Assembly: GCF_009914755.1 (NCBI RefSeq)
Contig: NC_060926.1
DNA length: 64,000 nucleotides
Reading direction: 5' to 3' (one strand)
From: the human T2T-CHM13v2.0 reference genome, Homo sapiens
The notes beneath the pieces are model-generated. The model saw only the letters and a program-made list of their open reading frames with translations, did not search any database and had not been told where the DNA came from. This document shows positions 1 through 15,649 of this stretch, piece by piece. Position numbers and translations under genes: made by a program. Numbering within the stretch: the first letter of the stretch is position 1; every line of letters begins with the position of its first letter.

Positions 1-1194
1 GCATTATCATGTAAGGGAGTTAAATATCTTGCATGCATGCTCTCTTCTGTGTTTATATATTCGATGCCATGAAATTGAAGGGCATGTGGCTAAAACCTTT
101 TTACTACATGAAACTTTACAACACTTTTGAAAACATTTCAATTTGGTTGATGCGCACTGTAATATTTCTCCAGATAACTGTCCAAAATTTTCCATGGAGA
201 AGGCTTTTATCCTCATTAGTTGCTGGCCTCAAACTAACCATCTAGGATATTAAACTTCTGCCAGAATTTTACATCCAGCTACCTTTACTTTTTAGAACGT
301 ATTCTCTATCATGTTATTGATATCAATTTCTACTTCACACAGATGGTTTTTTACAACAGCAAATCAAGTTTTTCTAACATCAGTTTTAAAAAGCCCTGCA
401 CTCAGTGAAATCTGGATGTCTTTCCTACGCCCTTATTATCTGTCCAGACTTCTTCCCCTTCCCCCACCGCTCACCTGGGCCTTTTCCTCTGCACAACCTA
501 CCCCAGTTCCCCAACCCCCACCTCAACCCCCAACGCCGTGTTGGTCACCTTCCCAGCCCAGACCAGGAGCCCTCTTGGACCTCTGCCGGGTGCTAAGGAC
601 ACAGGATGAGAGCGCCAGGTCCCTGCCAGCAGAGAGCTCACCACCTTGTCCATGCCTTAGCACAGGAACCCCGAATGGCGCCTGTGGGGACACAGGGAAT
701 CTCTGGACAAACTTCAAAATCAAATCAATGAATGCATGAAGAACAAAGGTAGATGGCTAGCAGATATGAAGAAACCCAATCCCACTCCTAAGAAATGTAA
801 ATTGAAATAATAAGATACCATTTTTCACAACTAGATCTGCAAAACCAGAAAGTGTTAGCCTGAATGTAAGCATCAGAGTTGCTGCAAGCATAGATGGATG
901 CAAATACTTCTAAAGATTTTTATCAAAATGTAAAGTGCAAAAAAATGTAAAATGCACATATTCTTAGTCTCAGCAATTCTACTTTTAGAACTGAACTTGA
1001 AGTTATAGTGCGCAAATGGCACTAAGATATTGTATAGAAATTTTAGTTGTACATTGCTTGAAATACAGGTAGTAATAATTTTTTTATAAACTGGGATCCA
1101 CCTAGTTTATCATTGGATGGAGCTATTTGTTATACGGCTGATGATATATCAGTAAGGCACAAGGCTATGAAGATTTTAAAACAGAATGAGGTAG

Positions 1195-1484
1195 GGGGAA
1201 GTGGCTCCCGCCTGTATTCCCAGAACTTTGGGAGGCCAAGGTGGGCGGATCATTTTGAGCTCAGGAATTCAAGACCAGCTTGAGCAACATGGTGAAACCC
1301 GTCTGTACTAAAAATACAAAAATTAGCCGGGCGTGGTGGCACACACCTGTAATCTCAGCTACTCGGGAGGCTGAGGCTAGAGAATCGCTTGAACCCGGGA
1401 GGCAGAGTGAGCCAAGATCACACCACTGCACTCCAGCCTGGGCGAGAGAACAAGACTCTATCTCAAGAAGGAAAAAAAAAAAAA
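1195..1484 (+). mobile_element. AluS
   Basis: Alu dimer with A tail; TSD aaaacag(a/c)atgaggtag. Confidence 0.9.
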
Positions 1485-1752
1485 ACAGCATGAGGTAGAT
1501 CTGTATGTAATTCCCCAATTTATATTTTATCTCCAGATTTATATATCTAAGTGCCCACTTGAATGTCAAACAAGCATCTGAAATTTAACAAGTAGAACTC
1601 CAGAGCAAGACTCTGTCTCAAGAAAAAAAAAAAAAAACAGAATGAGGTACATCTGTATGTAATTCCCCAATTTATATTTTATCTCCAGATTTTATATATC
1701 TAAGTGCCTACTTGAATGTCAAACAAGCATCTGAATTTAACAAGGAGAACCC
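1447..1752 (+). repeat. ~155-bp tandem duplication (1447-1601 / 1602-1752)
   Basis: Two near-identical copies of Alu 3' end + A tail + flank. Confidence 0.9.
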
Positions 1753-2245
1753 TTCTTCTCCCCTTCTTAATTCCCTCTCAAGAATTGGCAGCACTGTCTA
1801 CCCATGAGCTCAAGCTCATGACCCAGTTCTTGATTTCTCTTTTCCTCATCCTTCTTAGTATACCCCAACAATGGGCCTTCCAGAGGGACCCAGTATCAGT
1901 CCCTCTTTCCAGCTGCATCCCTACCATCCTCATCCAGTCTCCATCCTCTCTAGCTCCTCAGTCCATTCTTGCTACCATACCCAGAAGGATCTTTTTAAAA
2001 TGTAAATCAGATTCGACTTCTGTTTAAACACATCATTGTTTGCATTGCTTTCACCTGAGCCACAATGACCTTGATCCTTTTTTTTCTGGCCAGATCTCCT
2101 ACCACTGCCCTGACCCTCTGCTGCAATCGCAACAAGCTATCAGCCTGGGAGTTTTGCCTGACCTATGTACTGTGTCCCTGCCTCAATAGCTCCGCCCTGA
2201 TCTTCACTTGACTGGCTCCTGCTGTCACTTGGGTCTTAGCTACAA
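1700..2245 (+). mobile_element. L2 fragment
   Basis: Degenerate L2 3' motifs (cacttgaatgtc...aacaagcatctgaatttaaca; gatctttttaaaatgtaaatcagat). Confidence 0.55.
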
Positions 2246-2248
2246 TAA

Positions 2249-2402
2249 TGTTAAAGCCGAAAGACTGAGGGTCGTGATCAACTCAGTATACCACTGGAGG
2301 CTGTATGGGTAAACAGCAAACTGTTCTCATAAATGCAGAATGTTGGCAAACTGACAAACTGAGTATGCCACCCAGAAGGAATGCTGAGGGCAGTCATGCC
2401 CC
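2249..2402 (+). mobile_element. 5' fragment of an ERV LTR (LTR3/HML-6-like)
   Basis: gccgaaagactgagggtcgtgatcaactcagtataccactggaggct... recalled as the LTR3-type 5' end; family assignment from memory. Confidence 0.5.
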
Positions 2403-2886
2403 TCGATCTTTCAGCCTCCAACACAATAACCTCTCTTCAGAAAGACTAGCTCTAATCACCCAGTCTATCTTCCTACTTAATCATTCCATCACCCCGTTAT
2501 ACCATCTTAATAGCCCTGGCCTCTTTCTGAAAATATCTTTATATGTTTGTTTATATTGAATGTCTTTCTTGCTTTCCCCAACTCATAACTGAAGTCTCCA
2601 TTCTCTCCAGAAAATGATGAGAGGTCTAGGATTAGAGTTGGGAATCCAGGTCAACCTATCTGTGCCATCGAACATGACCTACAGTAACCTTTAATCATAT
2701 ATATGCCAAACTATTCCAACACCCTTGAAGAAAGAGGACTCCAAATGTGGCAAAATTATTTTAGCAGCATATTACTAACTAAAACTGCATTCAAGAAAAT
2801 CTTTTAACATCTTATAGCCCCAATTATAAGGCCTCTTGCCTCACTGTACTTTTCTGTCTTGAAGCTTTAATAAAATCAAATTGGAG

Positions 2887-3211
<325 letters not shown>

Positions 3212-5248
3212 TCATTTGTGACACCAAAAAACTAAAGCAAAACCCATTACAGGATGTTTCACCCGTATCTTGGTAATTACTTATTTTCATAAAACCCTGG
3301 GATGTGTTATGAAAATTTCCAAAAATAGAATAAAGAAAACATGTTTAGATAAGTAGTATTCAGTGCTGAAATGGAGCAATGAGATAGTGCTTGGTTACAC
3401 TGTTAATGAAAGTACAAACCAATGCCTACCTTTCTAGTAAGCAATTCTGGCCTCACTTAACAAGATCCTTAAAAGAGTTTTTCGTCCTTCTGCCTTTCAA
3501 CCTAGCAATTATCACCTTGAAGTAAGGTCAGAACTGCAGAAAATGTCTTATGTACCAAGACATATAAGGACTTACGTACATCAGAATATTTATAAGTGTG
3601 AAGAAATTAGAAGCAACCTTATTCCCAACAATAAGGAAGTGACAAATAGCATAGGGTATATGGGTATATTTACAGCATTAAATGTGATGTGGTTAGAAGG
3701 AAAAAAAGAATAGAAAAGAGAACACAAAAATATTTACCATTATCTCTGGATGTGTACTTTTGGTGATTTTTATTATCTCCATAATACTATGTGTATTTTT
3801 CAAGATTGAGCATCTTTTCTTTTTTAATACCAAGCAGGTATCATTAATGCTATTTCCCATACAGTTTTGGCTTTCTGCCTTCCAACCATATGGTAAGAAT
3901 GAACATCCAGGCTCCTTTATGGTTGGGTAGGTCCATATGCTTAGTTCTGAGTTGTGAGTGGAAGTGACAAGTATCATTTCTGGGCCAAAAATTTAATTAC
4001 CAGTTAAAGACCCTTCAAAGCTCTTTTCTTCCTCTGGCATAACATCTAGCAATAGTAAAGATGGTGGCTGCCATGAGTTTGGGTCCCTAAGTGTTTACCA
4101 TGAGCAGAGCTCTTTTTGTTGAACCATCAATGGCCATGTAGCTTGAGGAAGGAATAAATGTGTGTTGCTTTAAGTCTCTGAAATTTAAAAAGATTTAAAA
4201 TTTAAAAATTTTAAATTTAAAAATTTTTCACATCAGCATCACATAGCCTATTCTGATTGATACAGAAATTGGTATTCTGAAATGGAGTACTGCTATGGCC
4301 AAAAAAAAAACCACACAATCCAAACACTACTTGAAATACATGACTTTGGCTTAGAGGCCAAGTGGCAGATAAGAAGAAAATAGTTATCAGAGATTAGAAG
4401 GATGGTGACCCACATTATGCAGTATAAAAGTACTTTGTAAAACTGTCATGTGATAGCTTGGAAAGCAAATAATGTACCTAATTAGCTTGTGGTTTTGGGG
4501 TTGTTATTTTTTAAGTATGGGAAGCAGAAAGTTATTAGCATTTTTCTGTTATCATTGAGTGCATTTAACAAATAATATAAGAAAGAAATGACTTTAGAAA
4601 AGAACTGGCCAGTTTGAAAGCAGGAATGAAAGGGAATAGAGAAAGTCCAGAAATATGAACTTCCAACTTATGGGGCTGGAAGAAACATTTCTCATTCCCA
4701 AATAATAAACAATAAAACCAAGAAGCCTGTTGAGTAACAAAGATTGATTAGAACTCCGGTTTATCGCGGAGATCAAATCAAGGTGTAAATCTCTAAATAG
4801 ATTAGGATCCCTGAGAGCGAAAACACCAATTAAGGTTGTGGAATACAATAAACCCTTTCAACTGGACAAAATAGCTCAAGGAAATGAAAGCAAAAGTGTG
4901 GCCTGATAGACCCAAAGTATCTATAATTAAATGAGGAGAGTGAAAGAAGCATGAGGCTAAGAAAGCAGAGAACAGTAGCAACTCTAAAAAGTAAGTCTAG
5001 AAAAGAACTGTGGATGTGTAAGCTTACCAGAATAAAATAGACAAGATGCCTATTGAGTTTTTCCATTTTACCAGCTAAATAACCACCACTCCAGACTAAA
5101 GAGACCATGACTGTTCAAAACTTTATAACTTTGGTCACAAACATTGACCATAGGAAGTGCACTAGGGAAGCTTTTCAGATTCCAAGAGATTTCAAATGCC
5201 CATTCTAGATATGGCCAAGAAGAATAATGGAAAAAGAAGAGTGTTCAA

Positions 5249-5337
5249 CTGGGAGGCGGAGGTTGCAGTGAGCTGAGATCGCACCACTGCACTCCAGTGT
5301 GGGCGATAGAGTGAGAATCCGTGTCAAAAAAAAAAAG
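5249..5337 (+). mobile_element. 5'-truncated Alu (3' end only)
   Basis: Alu 3' end + A tail, flanked by aagaaga(g/a)tgttcaa TSD. Confidence 0.8.
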
Positions 5338-5903
5338 AAGAAGAAGAATGTTCAAGAGCCATAAGGACAATGAGCAAGAGAATTCTTAGAGAATGGAATC
5401 AGGGCCTAATCCAAATTCCACACCCTGGGAGTATGGAGCACACATCTACTGAATGGGATTTCAGAATTGCTTTGGCCCAGTGACGGCTATGTGTCTCCCA
5501 TTCTTTCCCTTTCCAAGTGTAAGAGTTTATTGCACTCATCTTATTCCAGTTCCGCTACTCTATATTGGATGTGTGAGGGTCTCTGCATAAAGAGGAGTAA
5601 CATTCAGACCTGATGTAGAGCACTTTGAATTCATGCACTTTGAGTTTAATATCATGATTGGATAGAATTTCTTGTTTTTCTCCCTTAAGGATGAGATGAC
5701 TACGAGTGTATTTTGTGTGAGAAGACAAATGAACTAAATATTGGTGGTAAGACAGGTAGGCTATGCTGGTTATTATTCTGGCTCAGCGATATCTGTTTCT
5801 CCTAACTTTTGATAAGACAGAATTTCCTAGTCCCCATATATATATTTGGATTTAAAATAGAGATATATAAGCATTTATATATATACATGTATTTAGATTT
5901 TAA

Positions 5904-6041
<138 letters not shown>

Positions 6042-7050
6042 TAGGGCCATGTGACTATTTCTGACCAATGAGATGTGAGAAGAAATGACAAGAATCACTT
6101 CTGGGTCACAGCATTTAATTGCTGATACAAGACTTTCCAGATTTCACATTTCCTCCCCCTCCTCCACCCTCCATGATTCTTGTCTCAAGAATGGAGTCTC
6201 TAAGTGATGAGGATAAACAGAGTCCCCCTGCCAACCTGTGCTGGATAATCAGCATGGGTAAGAATTGTTTAGGCCCATGAGGTTTGGCAGGTTGTTTGTT
6301 ACTGTGGCATTACCTAGCCTGTGCTGCCTGATAAATCAACAAACAGCAAGAGGAACTTGTAATTCCACATATGTATCTATATGACTTATCATATTGGCAA
6401 TGTCTGGAGTTAGCTCATCTTGGACATACATATGAAGGCCCCTTTCTTAATATTCAATATATTAAACAGTCAATATGTACTTTTGATAAGTTTTCAAAGA
6501 CAGCTGTCCTTCTGTAAGATCCCTAAAACTCTAGGAATAAGCAGGAGAGCCAATACTTGTTTTCTGACATCCAGCCAGACTGCTCTTGGGTGAGGGTGAA
6601 AGGAATCCAAAAGAAAAGTATCATTTTCTAAGCTAGAAATATTTATAAAAAAACACATAGGAAAATTTAGAATTGAATTATCAATTTTACTGCCTGAAGA
6701 GGACCCCCCAAAATACAAAAGTGACTATTTCAACTTTGTCCTAAATAAATATTAACATAAAATTCTTCCTGATAGGCAATCTGCCACAGACTATCAACAA
6801 TACCTTCTGTGCCAGTGAGACTGGCAAAATGGAAATTAAAAAGCTACTTTAAAGTTTTCTTCTTAATATTTTTGAGAGCTTTAAATAGTCATTCTATTTT
6901 AAAAAGAATAATAGACACGAGAGATTTGTTTAAATGGTAAATATGAAGATTTATCATAAACTGTAGTTTTTAGGCACCATCTCTCATTCTTTAAAGAAAG
7001 GTGAAAATGAGAACTCCTGAGAGTAATGTAACTTTAAAAACTAAAAATAA

Positions 7051-7587
<537 letters not shown>

Positions 7588-8226
7588 TAATTTTATCATT
7601 AAAGTTTCTGCAAGTTAAAAACAGTGAGATGCTAGTAAACTGGGTCTCTTTCCAACTAAACTTAAACCCTTGGAGGGCAGGTACTGTGTTTTTACCTCCA
7701 GGCATTCCCCAGCATCGAGCATGATAAGTGATGAGTCACTAACTTTGTATTTACCTCTCTCTCCATGCCAAGGTTTTCAAACTCTTATACCAATTGTTTC
7801 CATTGTAAGTGCAAAAGAAAGAAAAAGCTAGTCCTTTACGAGCTCTATTTGGAGAGGGGATGGCTTGGAAGGAATCAAGGGACACTTGGCACTTGGGTGA
7901 ACAGAAATTCAAGAAAAAGATCACACTCAGCTCTGAGAACCTTTAGAGTTGTGGAGTGAAATGCTATGCACAGTGGTAAATGGTTGCTCTTGAAGTCCTT
8001 CGAATCTTCAGTTGAGTTTACAGGAATCACCAACTGCTGAATGTAACTGCCTTTGTTTTGGAAAATGTTAAGAGTCAAGTCTGCATATTGGTGGGCATGG
8101 GGCCACAACTGAATTGGCCCACAAGACCATAACAGGATGAGCCAGCACTGGCAGGGGACATCTGAATCACTTAAGGTTGATTTCAGCAGACATGACACCA
8201 ATACACATAATCTATAAACAAAACTT

Positions 8227-8232
8227 TTTATT
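8227..8232 (-). terminator. NMI: NMI polyadenylation signal AATAAA
   Basis: tttatt on + strand about 205 nt after the stop codon, followed on the minus strand by T/GT-rich sequence. Confidence 0.75.
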
Positions 8233-8435
8233 ACAGTGCGCTTATTGTAGTTGAAAACATGCAGCACCATTTGAAACAAAGAAGATTCAGAAACATGGAA
8301 ATAAGTTTTGTATCTAAACATAAATGGATGGTAAAAATTAAAGTTTTCATTTTTTAAGGAAAAGCATATTCATTTTTGTCAAACATTTACAGTAATCTGG
8401 GTTAAAAAGCTATAGTTTTCATGATTCTGTTAAGT

Positions 8436-8618
8436 CTATTCTTCAAAGTATGCTATGTGAGGTTGACCTAGAGAACACTTGACCACATCTACTTCTCCAC
8501 CTCCATTCTTTGCCCGTTGAAAGTGAATGTTAATTAAATCCTCCACAATTTCTTCATCCATTTGAATGCCTTCCATTCCTGTCAGAAGCACTGTCCTCTT
8601 AGATGTTCCTGAAAATAT
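8436..8618 (-). CDS. NMI: NMI exon 8 coding part (IFSGTSKRTVLL...NGGGEVDVVKCSLGQPHIAYFEE*), NID2
   Basis: 183 nt ending in TAG at 8438-8436; AG at 8620-8619. Confidence 0.96.
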   Translation of the reverse strand: MFSGTSKRTVLLTGMEGIQMDEEIVEDLINIHFQRAKNGGGEVDVVKCSLGQPHIAYFEE

Positions 8619-8729
8619 CTAAGAAGGAAAAAATGATAAATAGAAAGATTTCTAAGAGCTTTGAATTACAAAACTTTACATTCATAATCTCTGCTTAATA
8701 TTTTTTATTTTATCTTAGAAGAGACAAGA

Positions 8730-9045
8730 AATCTTAGGAAGATTTTCCAAGCAAGAGAATATCCAAGTCAGATCTGAGTTTTAGAAAGAGAACTCTGGTG
8801 GCATTATGGAACACAGAGGAAAGGAGGGATGCTCTGGGAACAGAAAGACCAGGTAAAGAGGTAGTCAGAAGTGGAGCTGGCAAGATTTAGTGACCAAATG
8901 AATGTTGGAGGTGAAGCAAACTGAAGATTTAAGTATGAGTTCTAGCTTTTAAGTTGGTGGAGTAGGTAGATGGTGGTACCATTGGATACCTGAGAAGGAA
9001 GAGGAAAAGGGAGCAGGTCTGGGGTAAAGATAATGAGTTCAGAGA
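8730..9045 (-). mobile_element. L2 fragment (NMI intron 7)
   Basis: agatctgagttttagaaagagaactctgg...gataatgagttcag antisense L2 motifs. Confidence 0.55.
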
Positions 9046-9368
9046 AAGTAGGCAGGAATTCTTTCTCATGCTCACTGACAGTAGACATATGAGAGAAATG
9101 CAACTATGTCTCCATGTACAAAAATAAAAACTGTGCCATTATCTGAGTAATTTCAGTTTTAAAAATTGTATAATAAAGTACAGTTTTGCATTAAAATGCT
9201 CCTTCAAAAGACAAACTCATTTTGCACCAAGCAAAAATGAAGTAAAGAAACCATTTTGCTATCCCTCATTGATAAGATGCATAAGTAACAGACTCACAAC
9301 AACTTTATTTTTTGTGGGGTGGGTTTGGGCAGTGAGTTCTGAAAATGAGAGAACAGAGATGACTTTAC

Positions 9369-9475
9369 CTGATACTTTTTCAAGTGTATTTCTGTGTATG
9401 GAGAAACAGTAACTCTATGGCAGGTTTGATTTATATAAAGAGGGTATTCTTTCTTTTTCAAAATCTTGTCAGCCA
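9369..9475 (-). CDS. NMI: NMI exon 7 ([14 protein letters not shown]...HLKKYQ)
   Basis: 107 nt, phase 1-0; within ORF 9294..9560; AG at 9477-9476; GT at 9368-9367. Confidence 0.96.
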
Positions 9476-10171
9476 CTAAAAGCAAAACAAAAACAATACT
9501 TGTCTTTTTTATATCATAAGCATTTTTAACCAAAGTTAAAACTTCCTTCAAAGAGAACACTATTACAGTAAATATTGAGTTAAAAGATTAATTTTTAAGA
9601 AATTCTAAAGCCCACTTTGAAGACTTCACAGTACATAATTTTGAAAACTACAAGACCAAACAATAATGAGGTTTAAAGCCTTCATTCCATCTTGAATTAT
9701 TCACTGCAGTCAATCAATGCACAAAGGGTTGCAATGTCCTCAGACAGATCTACTTTGAGCTATAAAAAATACCATAGTCTTTTGCAGAAAGTAACCCACT
9801 CATCTAACAAGACTGGACTGTTTCCCAGTTTCTCAAAAGCTGTAAGTGAAAACTATGATTAGAATACTATATACATTTTTTTCAATATATTCAATAAACT
9901 GAAGTAATGATGTTAACCAAAGCAGGGAGGGGATTGAATGTCATCTAGAAAAACTGAAAGGAAATAAAAATTCATCAGTTTTCTACAACACAAAGAATAG
10001 TCTATTTTTTAGCAGTATTTTTTTCTCCTAGAGTGGTGAAAGGATGTGTGTCAAGACTGTAACATTTAACAAAAACAGTTCTTGGGAATATACAACCATG
10101 TTTTTTATGACTCTTCTCACTCATCTACCTTGGATCAGCAATATGGTACAATGATTAAGAGTGTAGGCCCT

Positions 10172-10872
10172 CATTGGCGAGAATATGGAGAAATTGAAAC
10201 CCTGAGGCAATGCTGATAGAAATGTAAAATGGTACAGCCACTGTAGAAAACAGTATGACAGTTCCCCAAAATATTAAAATAGAACATGATATGATCCAGC
10301 AATTCAACTTCTGGGTATATACCCGAAACAACTGAAAGCAGGGACTCGGACAGATACTTGCTCGTTAATGCTCAGAGCAGTATTTTTCACAATAGGCAAA
10401 AGGTGGAAGCAACCCAAGCATCCACCAACAGATGAACAGATCAACAAAATGGATATATAAAATACACACACACACAGAGAATATTATTCAGCCTTTAAAA
10501 AGGATGAAATTCTGATACATACCGCAACATGGATGGACCCTGATAACATTATGCTAACCAAAATAAGACAGACAGGAAAAGGACAAATATTGTATAATTC
10601 CACTTGAATGAGGTACCTAGAATAGGCAAATTCATAGAGACAGAAAGTAGAATGATGGTTACCAGGGGCTGGAAGAAGAGGTAATGGAGAATTATTGTTA
10701 AATGGGTACAGAGTTTCAGTTTGGGGTGATTAAAAAGTTCTAGAGAATGGATAGTGGTGATGGTTGTACAACATTGTGAATGTACTTAGTACCCTTGAAT
10801 TGTACATTTAAAAATTGTTAAAATGGTAAATTTTATGTTATATATATTTTATCACAGTTAAAAAAAAAAAAA
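10172..10872 (+). mobile_element. L1MB-type 3' fragment with poly-A, inserted into a MIR
   Basis: L1M 3' UTR motifs and A tail; degenerate TSD aagagt(gt/ac)agg(c/t)cct. Confidence 0.85.
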
Positions 10873-11065
10873 GAGTACAGGTCCTGAGTCAAATAGACCA
10901 GCTTCAGTCCTAGCTCTGCTACTTATGAGCTATGTGGCCTTGGATATGTTGCTTGACTTCTTAAAGCCTCAGTTTCTTTTTCTGTAAAATAAGCATAATT
11001 ACAGTACCTACCCTGTAGATTATTGTGATGAGTCAGTAAGACACAGTTTATGAAGTATCTGGCAT
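10873..11065 (+). mobile_element. MIR (5' part at ~10135-10171)
   Basis: MIR core ctctgctactta..agctatgtggccttgg...gcctcagtttc....ctgtaaaat. Confidence 0.75.
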
Positions 11066-11227
11066 ATTTATCTCCAGAATACCTTCACATCCTTCAGTAG
11101 TTACCTGCTGGATAACCTATAACCTGCAGAAGTATTTTTCCCATCTGGCTAGATGTAACCTCTAGGAGAACATCCCCAGATGGCCCAAGGACACAGGTTC
11201 CAAAGCTAGTATTATCTCTCACAGTAG

Positions 11228-11564
<337 letters not shown>

Positions 11565-11790
11565 AGATTTTTTAAAATCCAAGATATAGACAAACTAACA
11601 CCAAACAGGCTAAATGAATATATGAATTTGGCAAATTAAAATCTGGATGCTTGACTATGGAAGTTTCCACCAAGTTATTGTTCATTTCCAAGACAACATA
11701 TTACTGTAGCCCTCAAGACCCCTTCCTTTTATAGCTCTCCCTGACACATCCCACCAGGATGTCCTAAACATCATCCAAAAGCTCAGGTCA

Positions 11791-12513
<723 letters not shown>

Positions 12514-12612
12514 GAAATGTCTCATTTTTACTAAATGTTTGCTCTTCTGTATTATTTCACCTTCCTTAAAAAAGCATGTATTACTTTGTCATGAAAAAAT
12601 CTAATCCATCAA

Positions 12613-13087
<475 letters not shown>

Positions 13088-13221
13088 TAAGGTTTTTTAA
13101 AATCCCCAATTATCATGCTAATACATTCCAAATAAAAGAAGTAGAATAGGAATACTTTCAGAAACAACAGAACATGACTGAAATGGCAGAGTGTCTGTTA
13201 ACCTTCTACACCCTTGAGTAC

Positions 13222-13408
13222 CTCCAATCTCCACAAACGTGATGACTGCACTCCCGGACTGTCTGTCATAGTCCACGCGGTCCACCTCTCCGCCTCCATT
13301 TCGGGACTTTGAAAAGCTCAGCTCTAGTTTGTCTCTCATTTGATCTTCACGCAATGTGTCAGGAATTTCAGTAACATTGATTTTCATTTTAGAAACTTCT
13401 ACATAAAC
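13222..13408 (-). CDS. NMI: NMI exon 6 ([12 protein letters not shown]...NGGGEVDRV...VITFVEIG), NID1
   Basis: 187 nt, phase 0-1; matches ORF 13118..13387; AG at 13410-13409; GT at 13221-13220. Confidence 0.97.
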
Positions 13409-13495
13409 CTGGAAAATGATTTGATGTTCAGAAATATGGATGAGAGAAGTGCTTGTGATGAACAGAAATCCAAAAAATTTTAATCATCCTGTTAC

Positions 13496-13602
13496 CTGGA
13501 ATCTGACTCCTGAATTTAATGGAACTGGCTTGGCCGTAACCTCCAGATTTACATCTTTTATCTGTACATGATGTTTACTCATGCTTACCACATTTTGAGC
13601 AA
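13496..13602 (-). CDS. NMI: NMI exon 5 (VAQNVVSMSKHH...SGVRFQ)
   Basis: 107 nt, phase 1-0; AG at 13604-13603; GT at 13495-13494. Confidence 0.96.
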
Positions 13603-13814
13603 CTGAAAAATAATTCAGGAAGGAAGTATTAATTTCCAATATTTTAAGAATTGTTATGCTTTTGGTTTAAGAACAAATTATCCTGAATATTTTTAATTTT
13701 CTTTAATATTAAAGGGTCTAATTTTAAAAATTTGGCGGGCGGTGATTCCAAGTGATAATGGTCTTGCTACCAAAGTAGAATATATAATTTGGGGGGTCAG
13801 GGGGAAGGAGGACC

Positions 13815-14096
13815 AGATCTCATTCTGTCACTGAAGCTGGAATGCAGTGATGTGATCATAGCTCACTGTAACCTCAAACTCCTGGGCTCAAGAGATCCTC
13901 CCACCTCAGCTTCCAGAATAGCTATGATTACAGGTGCATGCCACCACGCCTAGCTAATTTTTTTAGCTTTTTGTAGAGACGAGCTCTCACTTTGTTACCC
14001 AGGCTGCTCTGGAACTCCTGGACTCAAGCAATCCTCCTGCATCGGACTCCCAGACAAAGTTCTGGTATTATCAGGATGAGCCACTGCTCTTGGTCC
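13815..14096 (-). mobile_element. AluJ
   Basis: Diverged antisense dimer with J-type features. Confidence 0.85.
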
Positions 14097-15649
14097 CAAA
14101 GTAGAATATATTAATGTCAAAGTATATCAGCAAAATCACAATGTAGAAGTTCTCAAGTTCTAGATTCTTCTCATAAGATGAATCTTTTCTCTTATCTCTT
14201 AAGAGATAAGCCTAACAATCTTCCAGAATTCATATATTACTTCAGCTCAGCCACATACCCTTCCTTCCACTATTAACAATTACCAGAGGATTCCCCTAGT
14301 ACATTAATGCACAGCCAGAAAGTGTCCCATGTTCAGTAAGCTGGGAAAACTTTCATGGCTAAGTGTCATTTGTACAATTAGTCTTGATTTTACTTAACCT
14401 TATCATTTGTTACTCCTTAATATGTTACAAGCACTAGAGCAATATATATTCATTTGCTCTGTCTTCTCAAGGATTACATGTTAAAGACTACATAGGCTGG
14501 AACATCAAAGAGTGAGTCTTTTTTTTGGTCATACTTAATGACGAATTCCACTTTTGCAAAAATGCTCTTGAAATCATTCTTTAAAAAGTTGATAGTCCTG
14601 CTATATTGATCACAAAGCTGTCAAGTCTAATTTACCTGTGCAAATGGGAGAGGTTTAGTAAAATGCTAAAAATCACTAGCACTCCAAAAGGCAACTCTAT
14701 GTCAATTAAAAATGTGAGTGGGCATTTATTTTTAATTGTGTGGCATGAGTTTATAATACTGCAGTTGTTGATATTTGGGGCTGCTATTCCAATGTATCAT
14801 GAAAATAAGTGACATTCACTCTCTGTCTTATAAAACTTCACATGTGTTTATGACAACCAGACCAGATGGCACCACACCACAGCTGGAGGAAGAGAAAAAA
14901 AGGGCCAGAAGGCAGGGCCTTGGCCATGTGGGAATTCAACTCACTGTACCAAAATATGACTCTATAACTTGGATGATGGTTTTTTGTTTTTTTGTGTTTT
15001 TGTGTTTTTTTGCTAATGACAACAGACAATAACAGAAAATATCAATGAGTAATACTCAGATGATCCTCTTTCCCTCCCACTCTTCCACAAACCCCCAACA
15101 TCTGGTGATCTGATACAGCTGAGAGGGACCGCTTGTGTCTCAATTGTTGTGACTCTGACAATCAAGAGCCAACTCCTACTTAATTGTGTTTCAAACCTAC
15201 TGCTGTCCCAGGAGATTGGGAGCTCAGAGCCACGTCAAGCGTAGAAGCAATGATGTAGGTGCTTTTAGAGAATTCCATTTCCAACATTCCCAGGAAATTG
15301 CTGTGCAGAAATCCTGCCTCCCAAATCCTCATTTATATCTATCTTTTAGTTATATCCCGATTACCAGTCGCCAATATGAGTCCTGGACTCCTCTTCTACC
15401 TGTAGCAGTAGCTCCAGGGTGAAGGAAAACACACTGGCGATGCATGTCTTCTACGCACAGATACTGTCCTGCTGGAATGCCTTTCAACATTTATTTTCAG
15501 GCTACAGTGGTGCACCAGTTTTGAGGAAACATGGGTTATAGACTGTCAGAATATGAGCACTGGAAGGGCTGGGAACACCATCTGGTCCCTCACCACATAA
15601 CTTAAATAAAAGAACAAAGGCCTGGGCTGCTGGCCTACCGAGAGAAATA

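Noticed and set aside
1-330. Minus-strand peptide WKILDSYLEKYY loosely reminiscent of a NUP160 C-terminal segment
   Set aside because: Short similarity from memory only; surrounding frames are full of stops; cannot be supported without TBLASTN/BLASTX
7875-8321. 148-aa minus-strand ORF after the NMI stop
   Set aside because: Starts in the 3' UTR and crosses the poly(A) signal; no recognisable domain
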